Below are positions 20,718 through 31,362 of a stretch of DNA of 64,000 bases, one piece after another. The stretch's first letter is position 1; each line of letters opens with the position of its first letter. The position numbers and the translations under genes were made by a program. A model generated the notes under the pieces. That model saw only the letters and a list, made by a program, of their open reading frames with translations, was not told the DNA's origin and searched no databases. The DNA is from an uncultured delta proteobacterium. GTDB lineage: Bacteria > Desulfobacterota > Binatia > UBA9968. The stretch is from assembly GCA_963728565.1 (NCBI GenBank), contig CAVSLC010000023.1, forward strand, positions 160,001 through 224,000, read 5' to 3'.

Positions 20718-21563
20718 ATGCACTATATCCCATGGCTGTGTTTAATCGTCCAGGGCGCCATCGTCGCTGCTAGTTTGCTGGGCTACGGTATCTTCACTTC
20801 TCGTCCCGAGCTTCTGATGCAACTCGACCCAGGCGCGCGTTTTTTTACTTGGGCTTTTTATGGATTTGCCGTCGGCAATATGCTGTTCGGCGGTTTTGCT
20901 GTCATGGCAGAAGCGTTTTTGCGTGATCGGACGAGCGGTCTATGGGCCTTTGCCTTGATCTATTCGGTCAGTCTTGTCAGCGAACTACTTGGCACTACGT
21001 ACGGAATCCCATTTGGCGCGTATTCCTATACCGCGCTGCTCGGTTTTAAATGGTTCGATCGCGTGCCGCTCTTGATTCCATTGAGCTGGTTCACGATGAG
21101 TTGGGCCTGCTGGGTAATTGCGCGGCAGCGCAGGGACGGGCGTTCGGCCGTAATTCTCGCCACGGCTCTCTTGGTCGCGTGGGATCTTTTGCTCGACCCG
21201 GCGATGAGCAAAGTCACCAGTTACTGGATCTGGGGGCAAAGCGGCACCTACTACGGGATGCCCTGGATGAACTTGCTCGGCTGGGGCGTTACCGGGTTAG
21301 TGCTATTCGTCATACTCTCCAAAATTGCGCCAGCGCCGCATAGCGAGCTGAGATTTGCAATTTCGGTATACATCATCAATTTCGCTTTGCCGCTCGGATT
21401 CTGTGTGTTGAATCAGTATTGGTTGGCGGTTTGGGCGGGTTTGGGCGCTATCGCAATTGCTTTTCTCGTGTTCGGCAGGAACGGAAGCACATTAGCGGCG
21501 CGCGAGCTGCGAGACCTGGGTCCGTCTGGCAGAGCGAGGGCATTGTCTTCACAAGGAGAATGA
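20718..21563 (+). CDS. cruF: Carotenoid 1,2-hydratase (CruF/LyeJ-like membrane protein)
   Basis: ELLGTTYGIPFGAYSY, VPLLIPLSW, WDLLLDP, YYGMPWMNLLGW. Confidence 0.8.
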   Translation: MHYIPWLCLIVQGAIVAASLLGYGIFTSRPELLMQLDPGARFFTWAFYGFAVGNMLFGGFAVMAEAFLRDRTSGLWAFALIYSVSLVSELLGTTYGIPFGAYSYTALLGFKWFDRVPLLIPLSWFTMSWACWVIARQRRDGRSAVILATALLVAWDLLLDPAMSKVTSYWIWGQSGTYYGMPWMNLLGWGVTGLVLFVILSKIAPAPHSELRFAISVYIINFALPLGFCVLNQYWLAVWAGLGAIAIAFLVFGRNGSTLAARELRDLGPSGRARALSSQGE

Positions 21564-21686
21564 CGGCAAATTGCAATTGAAGAACCAACGTTGTCAGGGT
21601 AAATTGCAGGATAATTTGGTTTTTATACATTCACGCAGTTTAACGAGCCTGCTCACCGCCATTACGTCGCATGAGGATCCAACCCG

Positions 21687-22621
21687 GTGACTCAGTCTGA
21701 ACTGGCCGACTATCTTCAAAAGCAGCGGACGGCCATCGATCGCGCTCTCGAGCAGTTTCTGAAGAGTCTATGGCGGACAGACGCAAGCAATTCTTAAGGC
21801 CATGCGATATGGGCTGTTTCCCGGCGGCAAACGAATTCGCCCGATCCTCACATTAACGGCGGGTGAAATGTTCGGCGCTAAACAGAAAGAGCTTATGCCG
21901 TTTGCATGCGCCGTGGAGTTGATCCACGCTTATTCGATTATTCACGACGATCTGCCGGCGATGGATAATGATGATTTGCGCCGCGGCGAACCCACCGCAC
22001 ATAAAGTGTTTGGCGAAGGAATGGCTTTGCTGGCGGGAGATGGTCTGCTCACCGAGGCTTTTCATTTGATCTCCGGTCCAGAAGTCAGGCGGCTGCCTGC
22101 CGAGTTGGTGCTCCGTCTAATTCACGAATTATCCCATGCAGCCGGTGTGGCGGGCTTGGTTGGCGGCCAGGCAGTCGATTTAGAATCGGAAAACAAAGAC
22201 GTCGATCTTGCTACGGTCGAGTATATCCATGTCCGAAAGACCGGCGCTCTGATTCTTGCCGCGCTTCGCATCGGCGCCGAGATTGCGGGTGCAAAGACTG
22301 GTGAGTTGCGAAGGCTTTCCAAATTCGGCGAGTATTTAGGATTGGCCTTTCAAATCGCTGACGACGTTCTCGATAATATCGGAGAAACCAATGCTGGCGA
22401 GGGCGCCGAGTCGGGTCGCAATGAGCTCAAGAAGGCGACCTATCCATCAGTGGTCGGAATCGTTCAAGCGAACCGAACGCTTGCAGGAATTGTTGAAATT
22501 GTGCGATCGGGAGCTGTTATCCTTCGGCGAGAGCGCGGCACCGCTCCGGGCGATCGCAAAAAATGTCATTGCACGGGCCGTCCAGGATAGAGGCAGAGCG
22601 GCAGAGGAGAGTATTTCATAA
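21687..22621 (+). CDS. ispA: Farnesyl diphosphate synthase, frameshifts near 21775 and 22472
   Basis: GGKRIRP, HDDLPAMDNDDLRRG, KTGAL, FQIADD, KATYP. Directly upstream of dxs. Confidence 0.88.
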
Positions 22622-24538
22622 ATGGCTAACTTGCTTGACGGCGTCGAGTACCCCAAAGACATTCGCGGTTTGACGCTTGATGAACTCAATCAACTCGCAG
22701 CCGAAATACGTCAGGAAGTGATCTCGGTTGTTTCAGAAGTGGGCGGACACTTCGCTTCCACCCTCGGCGCCGTGGAGCTTACTCTTGCGCTTCACTATGT
22801 GTTCAACACGCCCGAAGATCGGATCGTTTGGGATACGGGACACCAGGCCTATGCGCACAAGCTCATCTGCGGGCGCCGCAGCCGACTTGCGACCATCCGC
22901 CAATTTGGCGGTCTCAGTGGTTTTTTGAGTCGGGATGAGAGCGAGTACGACGTTTTTGGCGCGGGCCATGCGGGCACTTCCATCTCAGCCGCGCTCGGTA
23001 TGGTCGAGGCGAAAACGCTCGAGTCATCTTCCCGCAAGGTGGTTGCGGTGATCAGCGATGGCGGCTTGAGCGCGGGATTGACTTACGAAGGTTTAAACCA
23101 GGCCGGGCATTTGGAGAAGGATCTGATTGTGGTTCTCAATGACAACGCCATCTTCATCGATCCGCGGGTCGGTGCGGTGTCGTCTTTTTTGAGCAAGCAA
23201 TTTACTACCGATGCTGGCCTGCGATTGCAAAAAAATCTCTCCACGCTTTTACGAACTCTGCCCAAGGGCGAAAACCTGTTTCATCTGGCGCGAAAAGTCA
23301 AGGAATCTTTTCTCGGCTTGGTGACGCCTGGATTTCTCTTTGAAAGCCTTGGTTTCCAGTATGTCGGTCCCATCGACGGTCATAATATCGAAGAAATGAT
23401 CACGACTCTGGAGAACGTTAAGAAAATAGAGAAGCCAACTCTAGTCCATGTCCTGACGACCAAGGGAAAAGGTTATCCGCCTGCTGAAAAAGAGCCGGTA
23501 AAATTTCATGGCGTGACTCCTTTTCACGTTCTTACGGGGAAACCGAAAAAAGGCAAAGGTGCGATCCCAACGTACACGGATATTTTCGGCGAATCGTTGG
23601 TTCGGCTGGCGAAGGAAAATCCCAAAGTCATCGGTATTACCGCAGCGATGGGAAGCGGGACAGGAATCGATAAATTTTCGCGCGAGATTCCGAACAGATC
23701 TTACGATGTCGGCATTGCCGAACAGCATGCGGTTACCTTTGCGGCGGGCATGGCGACCGAGGGATTCGTACCGGTCGTGGCGATCTACTCGACTTTTCTG
23801 CAAAGAGGATATGACGAGATCTTGCACGACGTCTGCTTACAAAATTTGCATGTTGTCTTTGCTCTCGATCGCGGCGGTCTGGTGGGCGCGGATGGCCCGA
23901 CGCATCACGGCGTTTTCGATTTCGCCTATATGCGTTCGATTCCAAATATCGTCATCATGGCGCCAAAGGATGAGAATGAGCTGCAACATATGTTGAAAAC
24001 TGCGGTTGAGTATTCGGGGCCTATTTCAATTCGTTATCCAAGAGGCGAGGGCTGCGGTGTCGAAATGGATGCGCAGATGAAAAATTTAGAAATAGGCAGG
24101 GCTGAACTGCTCAGGGACGGACGCGATGTGGTGATCGCGGCCGTGGGCCAGACCGTCATGCCGGCGTTGAGAGCAGCCCAGGACCTGGTTTCTTTGGGAA
24201 TCGATGCGGCCGTGGTGAACGCTCGGTTCGTCAAGCCGCTGGACCGAGTTCTGTTCCGAGATTTGTTGCTGCGCGTGCCTCGTTTGATCACGGTGGAAGA
24301 TCACACGGTGGTCGGCGGCTTCGGCAGCGCGCTGTTGGAATTGATGGCTGAAGAAGGGATCACCGGAGTAGAGGTTAGGCGTCTGGGCGTGCCCGACCGC
24401 TTCGTTACGCATGGGACTCAGGACGAATTGAGAAAACTATGCGGCTTCGACAAGGAGGGCATTGCTCAATCGGCATTACAGATCGTGCGGCGCGCAAAAA
24501 GGAAAAGTAGAGAGGGATGGGAAAGAGGGAGCGCCTAG
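22622..24538 (+). CDS. dxs: 1-deoxy-D-xylulose-5-phosphate synthase
   Basis: WDTGHQAY, GHAGTSIS, DVGIAEQHAV, YSTFLQR, DGPTHHG. Confidence 0.97.
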   Translation: MANLLDGVEYPKDIRGLTLDELNQLAAEIRQEVISVVSEVGGHFASTLGAVELTLALHYVFNTPEDRIVWDTGHQAYAHKLICGRRSRLATIRQFGGLSGFLSRDESEYDVFGAGHAGTSISAALGMVEAKTLESSSRKVVAVISDGGLSAGLTYEGLNQAGHLEKDLIVVLNDNAIFIDPRVGAVSSFLSKQFTTDAGLRLQKNLSTLLRTLPKGENLFHLARKVKESFLGLVTPGFLFESLGFQYVGPIDGHNIEEMITTLENVKKIEKPTLVHVLTTKGKGYPPAEKEPVKFHGVTPFHVLTGKPKKGKGAIPTYTDIFGESLVRLAKENPKVIGITAAMGSGTGIDKFSREIPNRSYDVGIAEQHAVTFAAGMATEGFVPVVAIYSTFLQRGYDEILHDVCLQNLHVVFALDRGGLVGADGPTHHGVFDFAYMRSIPNIVIMAPKDENELQHMLKTAVEYSGPISIRYPRGEGCGVEMDAQMKNLEIGRAELLRDGRDVVIAAVGQTVMPALRAAQDLVSLGIDAAVVNARFVKPLDRVLFRDLLLRVPRLITVEDHTVVGGFGSALLELMAEEGITGVEVRRLGVPDRFVTHGTQDELRKLCGFDKEGIAQSALQIVRRAKRKSREGWERGSA

Positions 24539-25263
24539 ATCTTTTGCTGGTACAGCGCGAATTAGTCTCCAGCCGTGAAGAGGGACGGCGCAGGATCCTC
24601 GCAGCTGAAGTGCTGGTAAACGAGCAACCGTTGACAAAAGCAGGCGCGTTGGTCGATCAAGCCGCCGAAGTCCGGCTTAAAGCAGGTTCGCCTTATGTGA
24701 GTCGTGGCGGCTTGAAACTGGAAAAGGCGCTTCGCCAATTTCAGATTGACGTAAAAGATAAAGTGGCTTTGGATGTTGGCGCCTCAACCGGCGGGTTTAC
24801 GCATTGCCTGTTATCTCATGGCGCGCGTCGGGTATACGCGGTCGACTGTGGCTATGGTCAGCTCGATTGGACGCTCAGAAACGATCCACGTGTGGTAGTT
24901 CTGGAACGGAGAAACATTCGTTACCTTGAAGCTTTTGATTTGCCGAGCCTAGCGGCCTTCGCGACGATCGATGTCTCGTTCATTTCATTACGCTTGGTTC
25001 TTCCTAAAGTTAAGACTCTACTATCGCGCGGAGGCGAGATAATCGCGCTGATCAAACCTCAGTTTGAGGTTGGCAAAGGCAAGGTCGGCAAGGGTGGCGT
25101 GGTCCGATCTAGCGCAGAACACCTGCGTGTGATCGAAGAAATCAAGCAGTCGGCAACAAGCTTGGGCTTCACGGCTCAAGATGTAACCGAATCACCACTG
25201 CTCGGCCCCAAAGGCAATAAGGAGTTCCTAATTCATTTGACTGATCCGGATTCCCGAACCTAA
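24517..25263 (+). CDS. tlyA: TlyA-family rRNA methyltransferase
   Basis: S4 domain, YVSRGGLKL, DVGASTGGFT, DVSFISL, KPQFE, GPKGNKEF. Confidence 0.93.
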   Translation: MGKRERLDLLLVQRELVSSREEGRRRILAAEVLVNEQPLTKAGALVDQAAEVRLKAGSPYVSRGGLKLEKALRQFQIDVKDKVALDVGASTGGFTHCLLSHGARRVYAVDCGYGQLDWTLRNDPRVVVLERRNIRYLEAFDLPSLAAFATIDVSFISLRLVLPKVKTLLSRGGEIIALIKPQFEVGKGKVGKGGVVRSSAEHLRVIEEIKQSATSLGFTAQDVTESPLLGPKGNKEFLIHLTDPDSRT

Positions 25264-25317
25264 CTACAGCCATCGCGCGGTTTCAATTCACGCATCGTCT
25301 GCTAACCTGTCCTATGT

Positions 25318-26046
25318 ATGGCAAAGTTTCTGCGCATCGCCCATCGCGGCGCGTCTGGGAGCTTCCCGGAAAACACCTGCCTAGCTGTTGAAAAAGCCAT
25401 TGAAGCCCGTGCCGATATGATCGAGTTGGACTGCCAATTGTCCAGCGACGGTCATGTGGTCATTTTTCACGATGAGCGGCTTGTTCGCATCACCGGCGCG
25501 GGAGGTGTCGTTAACCGCACGCCTTTAGAGCAGCTCAAGAGATTGGATGCCGGGGGGTGGCGAAAAGCCGCATTCAAAGGGGAACGGATCCCGACTTTGG
25601 AGGAGGTTGTCGCGCTGGTCGGCGGCGAGGCTGAGCTCTGCCTCGATATCAAACAATACCCGGGTTCTCCGCCCGGCATTGAACTAAAGCTGCTTTTCAT
25701 TCTTAGCCACTACGATTATCTCGATCGAACAATCATTTCCTCCTTCGACTATGATTGCCTTCGCAGGGTGCGTGAACTGGGTCCAGAAGCGCGGTTGGGC
25801 GTGATTTACGGTACCGGAATCGAAGAGAACCCATTTGTGATAGCTGCAGAAATCGAAGCTGCGTCTTTGCACGTGCAGAAAGAACTTGCGAGCCGCGAGT
25901 TCTTACAAACGGGTTGGGAGTTGGGGCTGGATGCTTTCGTGTGGACAGTGAACGAGCTGCGAGAGATGGAAGATTTCGCCTCATTGGGTGTTCAGGGAAT
26001 CATGACCGATTTCCCGGAGCGGTTTTGGCGCCTGGAGAAGCGATGA
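25318..26046 (+). CDS. Glycerophosphodiester phosphodiesterase
   Basis: AHRGASG..PENT, IELD, HD, WTVN, GIMTDFP. Confidence 0.9.
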   Translation: MAKFLRIAHRGASGSFPENTCLAVEKAIEARADMIELDCQLSSDGHVVIFHDERLVRITGAGGVVNRTPLEQLKRLDAGGWRKAAFKGERIPTLEEVVALVGGEAELCLDIKQYPGSPPGIELKLLFILSHYDYLDRTIISSFDYDCLRRVRELGPEARLGVIYGTGIEENPFVIAAEIEAASLHVQKELASREFLQTGWELGLDAFVWTVNELREMEDFASLGVQGIMTDFPERFWRLEKR

Positions 26047-26146
26047 AAGCTCATCGCTCTTAGCGCGTAATTCGGCGCTACGAGACTGTCTGTCGATAGT
26101 ACTTGTTTTATGCTCGAAAAATAGCGGAGTTAGGTCGGTGAATTGC

Positions 26147-26174
26147 TTGACTTGAGGCGTATTTAGGATAAAAT
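26147..26174 (+). promoter_or_regulatory. Sigma-70 promoter of the rpsU operon
   Basis: TTGACT-16 nt-TAAAAT. Confidence 0.5.
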
Positions 26175-26216
26175 TGCAGTCCCATACGTGGTCAGAGATC
26201 GGGGGTGATTCAATCC

Positions 26217-26411
26217 ATGACCGGTGTTCGAGTTAGAGAAAATGAATCCATCGAAAGTGCCATCAGGCGTTTCAAAAAGCTTTGTGAGAAAGCGGGCATT
26301 TTGGCGGAGTTGCGAAAGCGGGAACATTACGAAAAACCCAGTGTTAAAAGAAAGAAGAAAGCCATAGCGGCTAAGAAACGTGCGTTACGGCGAGTGCGTC
26401 ATTCTTTTTAA
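26217..26411 (+). CDS. rpsU: 30S ribosomal protein S21
   Basis: ESAIRRFKK...[14 protein letters not shown]. Confidence 0.96.
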   Translation: MTGVRVRENESIESAIRRFKKLCEKAGILAELRKREHYEKPSVKRKKKAIAAKKRALRRVRHSF

Positions 26412-26458
26412 TCGTCTGGAGCTTTCGTGTCTACTTACCCTATAAAAAGAAATTCGTC

Positions 26459-26908
26459 ATGCAGTTAAAGGCCGAAATTCAGGACTCTATAAGGTCGGCC
26501 ATGAAAAGCGGTGATAAGATCACGCTGGAAAGTTTAAGGCTCGTACTGGCGGCTATAAAGAACGAGGAGATCAAATCTCGGAGAGAGCTCACAACCGATG
26601 AGATCCAACGGACGATTTCGACGCTCTGCAAACAGCGTTCGGAGTCCATTGAGATGTTTCAAAAAGGCGGTCGCAGCGATCTCGTGGAAAAAGAGCAAGC
26701 CGAGTTGAAAGTTCTTCACCGTTTCCTACCTGAGCCTCTGAGCGAGGACGAGATAATCTCGGCGATTCGGATCACAATCCGGGAGTCGGGCGCGCAAGGT
26801 TTGCAAGATCTTGGCAAAGTCATGAAAGAAGTGATGCCAAAGGTGAGCGGCCGAAGCGATGGCAAAAGAGTCAATGAGCTGGCCCGAGAAATACTTCGTG
26901 GCGCCTGA
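26459..26908 (+). CDS. yqeY: GatB/YqeY domain protein
   Basis: AMKSGD, KQRSESIEMF..GGR.DL, DLGKVM, SDGKRV; follows rpsU. Confidence 0.9.
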   Translation: MQLKAEIQDSIRSAMKSGDKITLESLRLVLAAIKNEEIKSRRELTTDEIQRTISTLCKQRSESIEMFQKGGRSDLVEKEQAELKVLHRFLPEPLSEDEIISAIRITIRESGAQGLQDLGKVMKEVMPKVSGRSDGKRVNELAREILRGA

Positions 26909-26966
26909 ATGCTTATAGGGCACGTTCTCTTTACCTTCACATCGAACAATCAATGGCCGCTCCTTT

Positions 26967-26994
26967 GCTGCTCAGCGGCGTTGAGCAGCTTTTT
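26967..26994 (+). terminator. Intrinsic terminator after yqeY
   Basis: GCTGCTCA-GCGGCGT-TGAGCAGC followed by TTTTT. Confidence 0.6.
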
Positions 26995-27098
26995 GCCAGA
27001 AGAATGTCACCCCTGCTCTTAATGCCTCGAAGGAACCGATGCTTCGAATGGTGGCGTTTACGATTAGCGAGAGTTAACAAGACGGATGGCTGTCACCG

Positions 27099-27632
27099 GT
27101 GAACATCGTCGATATTATCCTGCTGTCCCTTCTTTTTCTTTTTGGGTTGCGAGGTTTTGTCAAAGGTTTTTTCCGAGAGATATTTTCGCTCGCGGGGCTG
27201 ATAGTTGGCTTCATGGCAGCTGCGCGGTATAACCACACTGTAGCAACGCTCAGCCAAGAGTATTGGAAAATTTCTCCATTTATCCTCAAGGGAGCTTCTT
27301 TTGTCGGGATCTTTTTTGCCGTCTATCTCTGTTTTAACTTTTTGGGCTGGTTTTTTCATAATTCTGAGAAGTTTCTCTTTCTGCAGACATTGAATCGAGC
27401 GGGCGGTATTGTTATTGGAATCGTTAAGGGTGCGGCAGTCATGGCGTTAATCGTTTTTTTTATGAGCTCCGCGTCTTGGATTCCACCTTCTGTTAGTGAA
27501 AAAATCAAGGCTTCTGTTTTGGTCCCATCCTTATCCCGATTAGCCGAACTTATTATTCGTGTCGGAAAAGAAAGGATCTTGACGACAGAGGACAATCGGG
27601 TGCGACTGTTAAGTCAAACCCGGGTCTTATAA
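27099..27632 (+). CDS. CvpA-family membrane protein
   Basis: MNIVDII..GFVKGFFREIFSL and LNRAGG...G.VKG. Confidence 0.85.
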   Translation: MNIVDIILLSLLFLFGLRGFVKGFFREIFSLAGLIVGFMAAARYNHTVATLSQEYWKISPFILKGASFVGIFFAVYLCFNFLGWFFHNSEKFLFLQTLNRAGGIVIGIVKGAAVMALIVFFMSSASWIPPSVSEKIKASVLVPSLSRLAELIIRVGKERILTTEDNRVRLLSQTRVL

Positions 27633-27640
27633 GTTGCCGC

Positions 27641-29443
27641 ATGATCACTCAGGAGAAGATCGCTGAGATTCGTGCTCGGGCCTCCGTCGTTGAGGTCGTT
27701 TCCGATTACGTGACGCTAAAAAAGATCGGCCGTAATCATGTCGGGCTGTGTCCCTTTCACGGGGAAAAAACTCCCTCTTTCACGGTGAACGATGAGAAGG
27801 GGATTTTTCACTGCTTCAGCTGCAAGGCCGGCGGCAGCGTCTTCAACTTCTTGATGCAGTATGATCATCTTTCTTTTCCTGAAGCGGTTGAGTGTGTGGG
27901 TAAGCGCTACGGCATTATCGTGGAACGCTCAGGAAAGAACCGAGACTCGGGGGGAGACGATGACCGCGATGCTCTCTTTCGTCTCAATGAATGTGCCGCG
28001 GCGAATTATCATCGCGTTTTGTTCAATGACGTCTTGGGAAGAAGAGCTCTCGAGTATATCAAGAAACGTGGTATCGAGGAGTCGGTTGCGCGGCGTTTCA
28101 TGCTAGGGTTCGCGCCACGCCATGGTTCAGGGCTTCTGGAGGTTGCCAAAAAGGAAAAGCTTTCGCTGAAAGATGCCCTTCGGTTGGGGCTGATTGGCCA
28201 AAGGGAAGGCAACCGGTTCCACGAAAAATTTTTTGACCGGCTAATTTTTCCCATCGTCAACGCCGGGGGCAAAGTCATCGGCTTCGGCGGGCGGGTGCTA
28301 GAACAAGGAATCCCGAAATACCTCAACTCAAGTGATACCCCGCTTTTTCGGAAAGGGTCTACCCTGTATGGTCTGTTCCAAGCCAAAGAAGCGATTCGCA
28401 AAAGGGACCGAGCCGTCGTCGTAGAAGGTTACCTCGATGTTATAGCTTTGCACCAATATGGTGTTGATTATGCCGTCGCCACCCTCGGGACAGCGCTCAC
28501 GGTGGAGCATGTACGCGCTTTGTCGCGTTACACAAAGAACGTTGTGGCGTTTTTCGATGGAGATGATGCCGGTAGCCGAGCCGCAGAGCGAAGCTTCCCA
28601 ATCTTTGTTGAAGCCGGACTGCTTGGGCGAGCCGCTTTTTTGCCCAACGGTGAAGATCCGGATACTTTTATCCGCGCGCGGGGCAAAGCGGCCGTGGAAG
28701 AACTGCTTGATAGATCAGTGCCGTTGGCGGACTACTACTTCTCATCTCTAGAGCATCGTTACGGCAAAACTTTGGAAGGCAAAAGCGAAATCGCCGGGGA
28801 GATCTCACGCGTGCTGCAAAAGGTGCGTAACCCTTTCGAAGTCGATCTTCTGATTGCTCGGGCGGTAGATTCGCTAGGTATCCGGGAGGAGTTCTTTCGC
28901 AAGCCTCTGCAGAGTTCGGTCCCTCCCAAGCCGCCGTTGTTGGCAAACCGACGACTCTCTCCCAGTGATCTCGGCAATCGCGCAAATGCCGCGGAAAGAT
29001 CCCTCATATCTCTGATTTTACGTTATCCCCGAATCGCCGGATATGTATTCGAGGAAGCAGACGTGCGACAATGGGTCGGATCGGCTTGGCGCGAGATTAT
29101 TGATCTGATCAGGACCGAGTGGCAAGAGCATGAAAACGTCGATGTCGGGAGGATCGTGCAGGCCTTCGATTCAGAGGTGGCTGCTCAGATAGCCGCTTTG
29201 GCAATCGAAGGAGAAAACGTTCCTGAAACTGAGTCCCAAAAGATGGCTGATGACTGCATAGCCCATCTGCGACGAAAGTATTTGCGAGAGCAAGAAAGAA
29301 ATTTGCGAATCGCGATCCGAACTGCCGAAGAACAAAAGGACGAGAACGCAACCAGGGAGAGGATACTAGAATGGCAAGAAATCGTACGAAAAGAACGCCA
29401 GCTAGAACGCCGAAAGCTCGCGCCGAAGATAACCGCTCGATAG
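27641..29443 (+). CDS. dnaG: DNA primase
   Basis: [41 protein letters not shown]. Confidence 0.97.
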   Translation: MITQEKIAEIRARASVVEVVSDYVTLKKIGRNHVGLCPFHGEKTPSFTVNDEKGIFHCFSCKAGGSVFNFLMQYDHLSFPEAVECVGKRYGIIVERSGKNRDSGGDDDRDALFRLNECAAANYHRVLFNDVLGRRALEYIKKRGIEESVARRFMLGFAPRHGSGLLEVAKKEKLSLKDALRLGLIGQREGNRFHEKFFDRLIFPIVNAGGKVIGFGGRVLEQGIPKYLNSSDTPLFRKGSTLYGLFQAKEAIRKRDRAVVVEGYLDVIALHQYGVDYAVATLGTALTVEHVRALSRYTKNVVAFFDGDDAGSRAAERSFPIFVEAGLLGRAAFLPNGEDPDTFIRARGKAAVEELLDRSVPLADYYFSSLEHRYGKTLEGKSEIAGEISRVLQKVRNPFEVDLLIARAVDSLGIREEFFRKPLQSSVPPKPPLLANRRLSPSDLGNRANAAERSLISLILRYPRIAGYVFEEADVRQWVGSAWREIIDLIRTEWQEHENVDVGRIVQAFDSEVAAQIAALAIEGENVPETESQKMADDCIAHLRRKYLREQERNLRIAIRTAEEQKDENATRERILEWQEIVRKERQLERRKLAPKITAR

Positions 29444-29499
29444 CCAACGATAAAGCTTCCTCGCGTCATGCCGCCGGGCAACCGGCGGAGAAAAAGAAC

Positions 29500-31245
29500 A
29501 TGAAGGAGGTGAAGAAGCTCATCGATCTCGGCAAAGAGAAGGGTTACCTGACGTATGATGATGTCAACGATATGCTTCCTGCGGAAGTCGTTTCTCCGGA
29601 TCAGATCGATGACGTGATGTCCATTTTTGGCGAAATGGATATCGAGGTTGTTGATTCCAATCAACGAGTCACTCTTGGAGGAGCGGGTGAGGATCTTGCC
29701 GACGACGAAGAGGATGAGAAGGAAATCGAAGGCGAAACCGATGGGGATACGGTTGGCAAGACCGGCGATCCAGTGCGTATGTACTTACGGGAGATGGGAA
29801 CTGTTTCACTGCTGAGCCGGGAAGGCGAAGTAGAGATCGCAAAGAAAATTGAGGTAGGCGAAAAGAAAGTCATTGAGGAAGTATTATCCAGCCCGCTCGC
29901 ATTGCGTTACGTTTTGGAACTCGGTGAAAAATTGGCGCAACATGAGATCCGAGTGCGTGAAATAATTAAAGATGGTGATGAGGATGCCGAATACCTCGAA
30001 GATGAAGAGGTGCACGAACGACGCTTGCTCGATCAAATCGCTAAAATCCGCAGGGCCGCTAATGAGCGAGACAAGATTAAAAACGAACTCGAGGGCAAGC
30101 GCCTGTCGGCGCAACGTCGTCAGGCGCTGCAACAAACTTTAGAAAAGTATCACGACCGAATCGTCGGCGGCCTGAAAAATCTTCAGCTGAATCGAAAGCA
30201 AACCGAAGCGATTGTTGATGGTCTCAAGAGAGCCATGGATCGAATGCAAACGCTTGAGCGCCGGGTGAAGGAATTCGAGCAAAGGACCGGGAAGAGCGCT
30301 TCCGAACTCCTGAAGCTTGTTGCAAACCTGAACGGACGTAAGAAGGATTGGCAACGCCTCACCAGTTCGCTGCGCATGGGGCATGATGCGGTTCTGCATA
30401 TGTCAGACGAGATCAGGAGCGCGCGGCGCGATATACGGCATATCGAAAAAGACCTTGACATCCCGGCGGAAGAGATCAAGCGGCGCGTTTGGTCGATTGT
30501 TGATGGTGAGACCAAAGCTAATCTGGCGAAGAAAGAACTGATCGAAGCGAATCTGCGGCTGGTTGTGAGTATTGCCAAGAAGTACACCAACCGTGGATTG
30601 CAGTTTCTCGATCTCATCCAGGAGGGAAATATCGGCTTAATGAAAGCCGTCGATAAGTTTGAATATCAGCGAGGATACAAGTTTTCGACCTATGCCACCT
30701 GGTGGATCCGTCAAGCAATCACTAGAGCGATCGCCGATCAGGCTCGGACAATCCGCATACCGGTTCACATGATTGAGACCATCAATAAACTTATCCGGAC
30801 CTCTCGGTATCTAGTGCAAGAAATTGGCCGCGAGCCAACGCCCGAGGAAATTGCCACGAAAATGGAAATTCCCTTGGATAAAGTAAGGAAGGTCCTTAAA
30901 ATCGCCAAGGAGCCCATATCCCTGGAGACTCCGGTGGGTGAGGAAGAAGACAGTCATCTTGGGGACTTTATCGAGGACAAAAGGATTATCACTCCTTCCG
31001 ATGCGGTGGTGAATATCAATCTGCAAGAACAAACAAAGAAGGTACTCGCCACTTTAACTCCACGTGAAGAGCAGGTTCTGCGCATGCGGTTCGGAATCGG
31101 TGAGAAATCCGATCACACTCTTGAAGAAGTCGGTCAAAAGTTTACCGTCACACGCGAGCGCATTCGGCAAATCGAAGCCAAGGCGCTCCGGAAGCTCAGA
31201 CATCCCAGTCGCAGCAAAAGGCTGAAGAGCTTCATGGAGACCTAA
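29500..31245 (+). CDS. rpoD: RNA polymerase sigma factor RpoD
   Basis: [43 protein letters not shown]. Start uncertain; frame open from 29371. Confidence 0.96.
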   Translation: MKEVKKLIDLGKEKGYLTYDDVNDMLPAEVVSPDQIDDVMSIFGEMDIEVVDSNQRVTLGGAGEDLADDEEDEKEIEGETDGDTVGKTGDPVRMYLREMGTVSLLSREGEVEIAKKIEVGEKKVIEEVLSSPLALRYVLELGEKLAQHEIRVREIIKDGDEDAEYLEDEEVHERRLLDQIAKIRRAANERDKIKNELEGKRLSAQRRQALQQTLEKYHDRIVGGLKNLQLNRKQTEAIVDGLKRAMDRMQTLERRVKEFEQRTGKSASELLKLVANLNGRKKDWQRLTSSLRMGHDAVLHMSDEIRSARRDIRHIEKDLDIPAEEIKRRVWSIVDGETKANLAKKELIEANLRLVVSIAKKYTNRGLQFLDLIQEGNIGLMKAVDKFEYQRGYKFSTYATWWIRQAITRAIADQARTIRIPVHMIETINKLIRTSRYLVQEIGREPTPEEIATKMEIPLDKVRKVLKIAKEPISLETPVGEEEDSHLGDFIEDKRIITPSDAVVNINLQEQTKKVLATLTPREEQVLRMRFGIGEKSDHTLEEVGQKFTVTRERIRQIEAKALRKLRHPSRSKRLKSFMET

Positions 31246-31285
31246 GCATCAGCTTTCTATCATCTCACGCGCATTTCCTTGTTAC

Positions 31286-31362
31286 GGGCCCATAGCTCAG
31301 TTGGTTAGAGCCACCGGCTCATAACCGGTTGGTCCCTGGTTCGAGTCCAGGTGGGCCCACCA
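31286..31362 (+). tRNA. tRNA with CAU anticodon, most likely tRNA-Ile2 (lysidine-modified)
   Basis: GGGCCCA/TGGGCCC acceptor stem, AGCTCAGTTGGTTAGAGC D arm, CCGG-CTCATAA-CCGG anticodon arm, GGTTCGAGTCC T arm, CCA end. Position after rpoD matches ileX. Confidence 0.92.

Noticed and set aside
24517-27632. tlyA as hemolysin and cvpA as bacteriocin production gene
   Set aside because: Both are common housekeeping genes in their usual neighbourhoods; the names are historical.
31286-31362. Initiator or elongator tRNA-Met
   Set aside because: Paired G1-C72 and lack of the three G-C anticodon-stem pairs rule out the initiator. Sequence style and position after rpoD favour Ile2, though elongator Met is not fully excluded.
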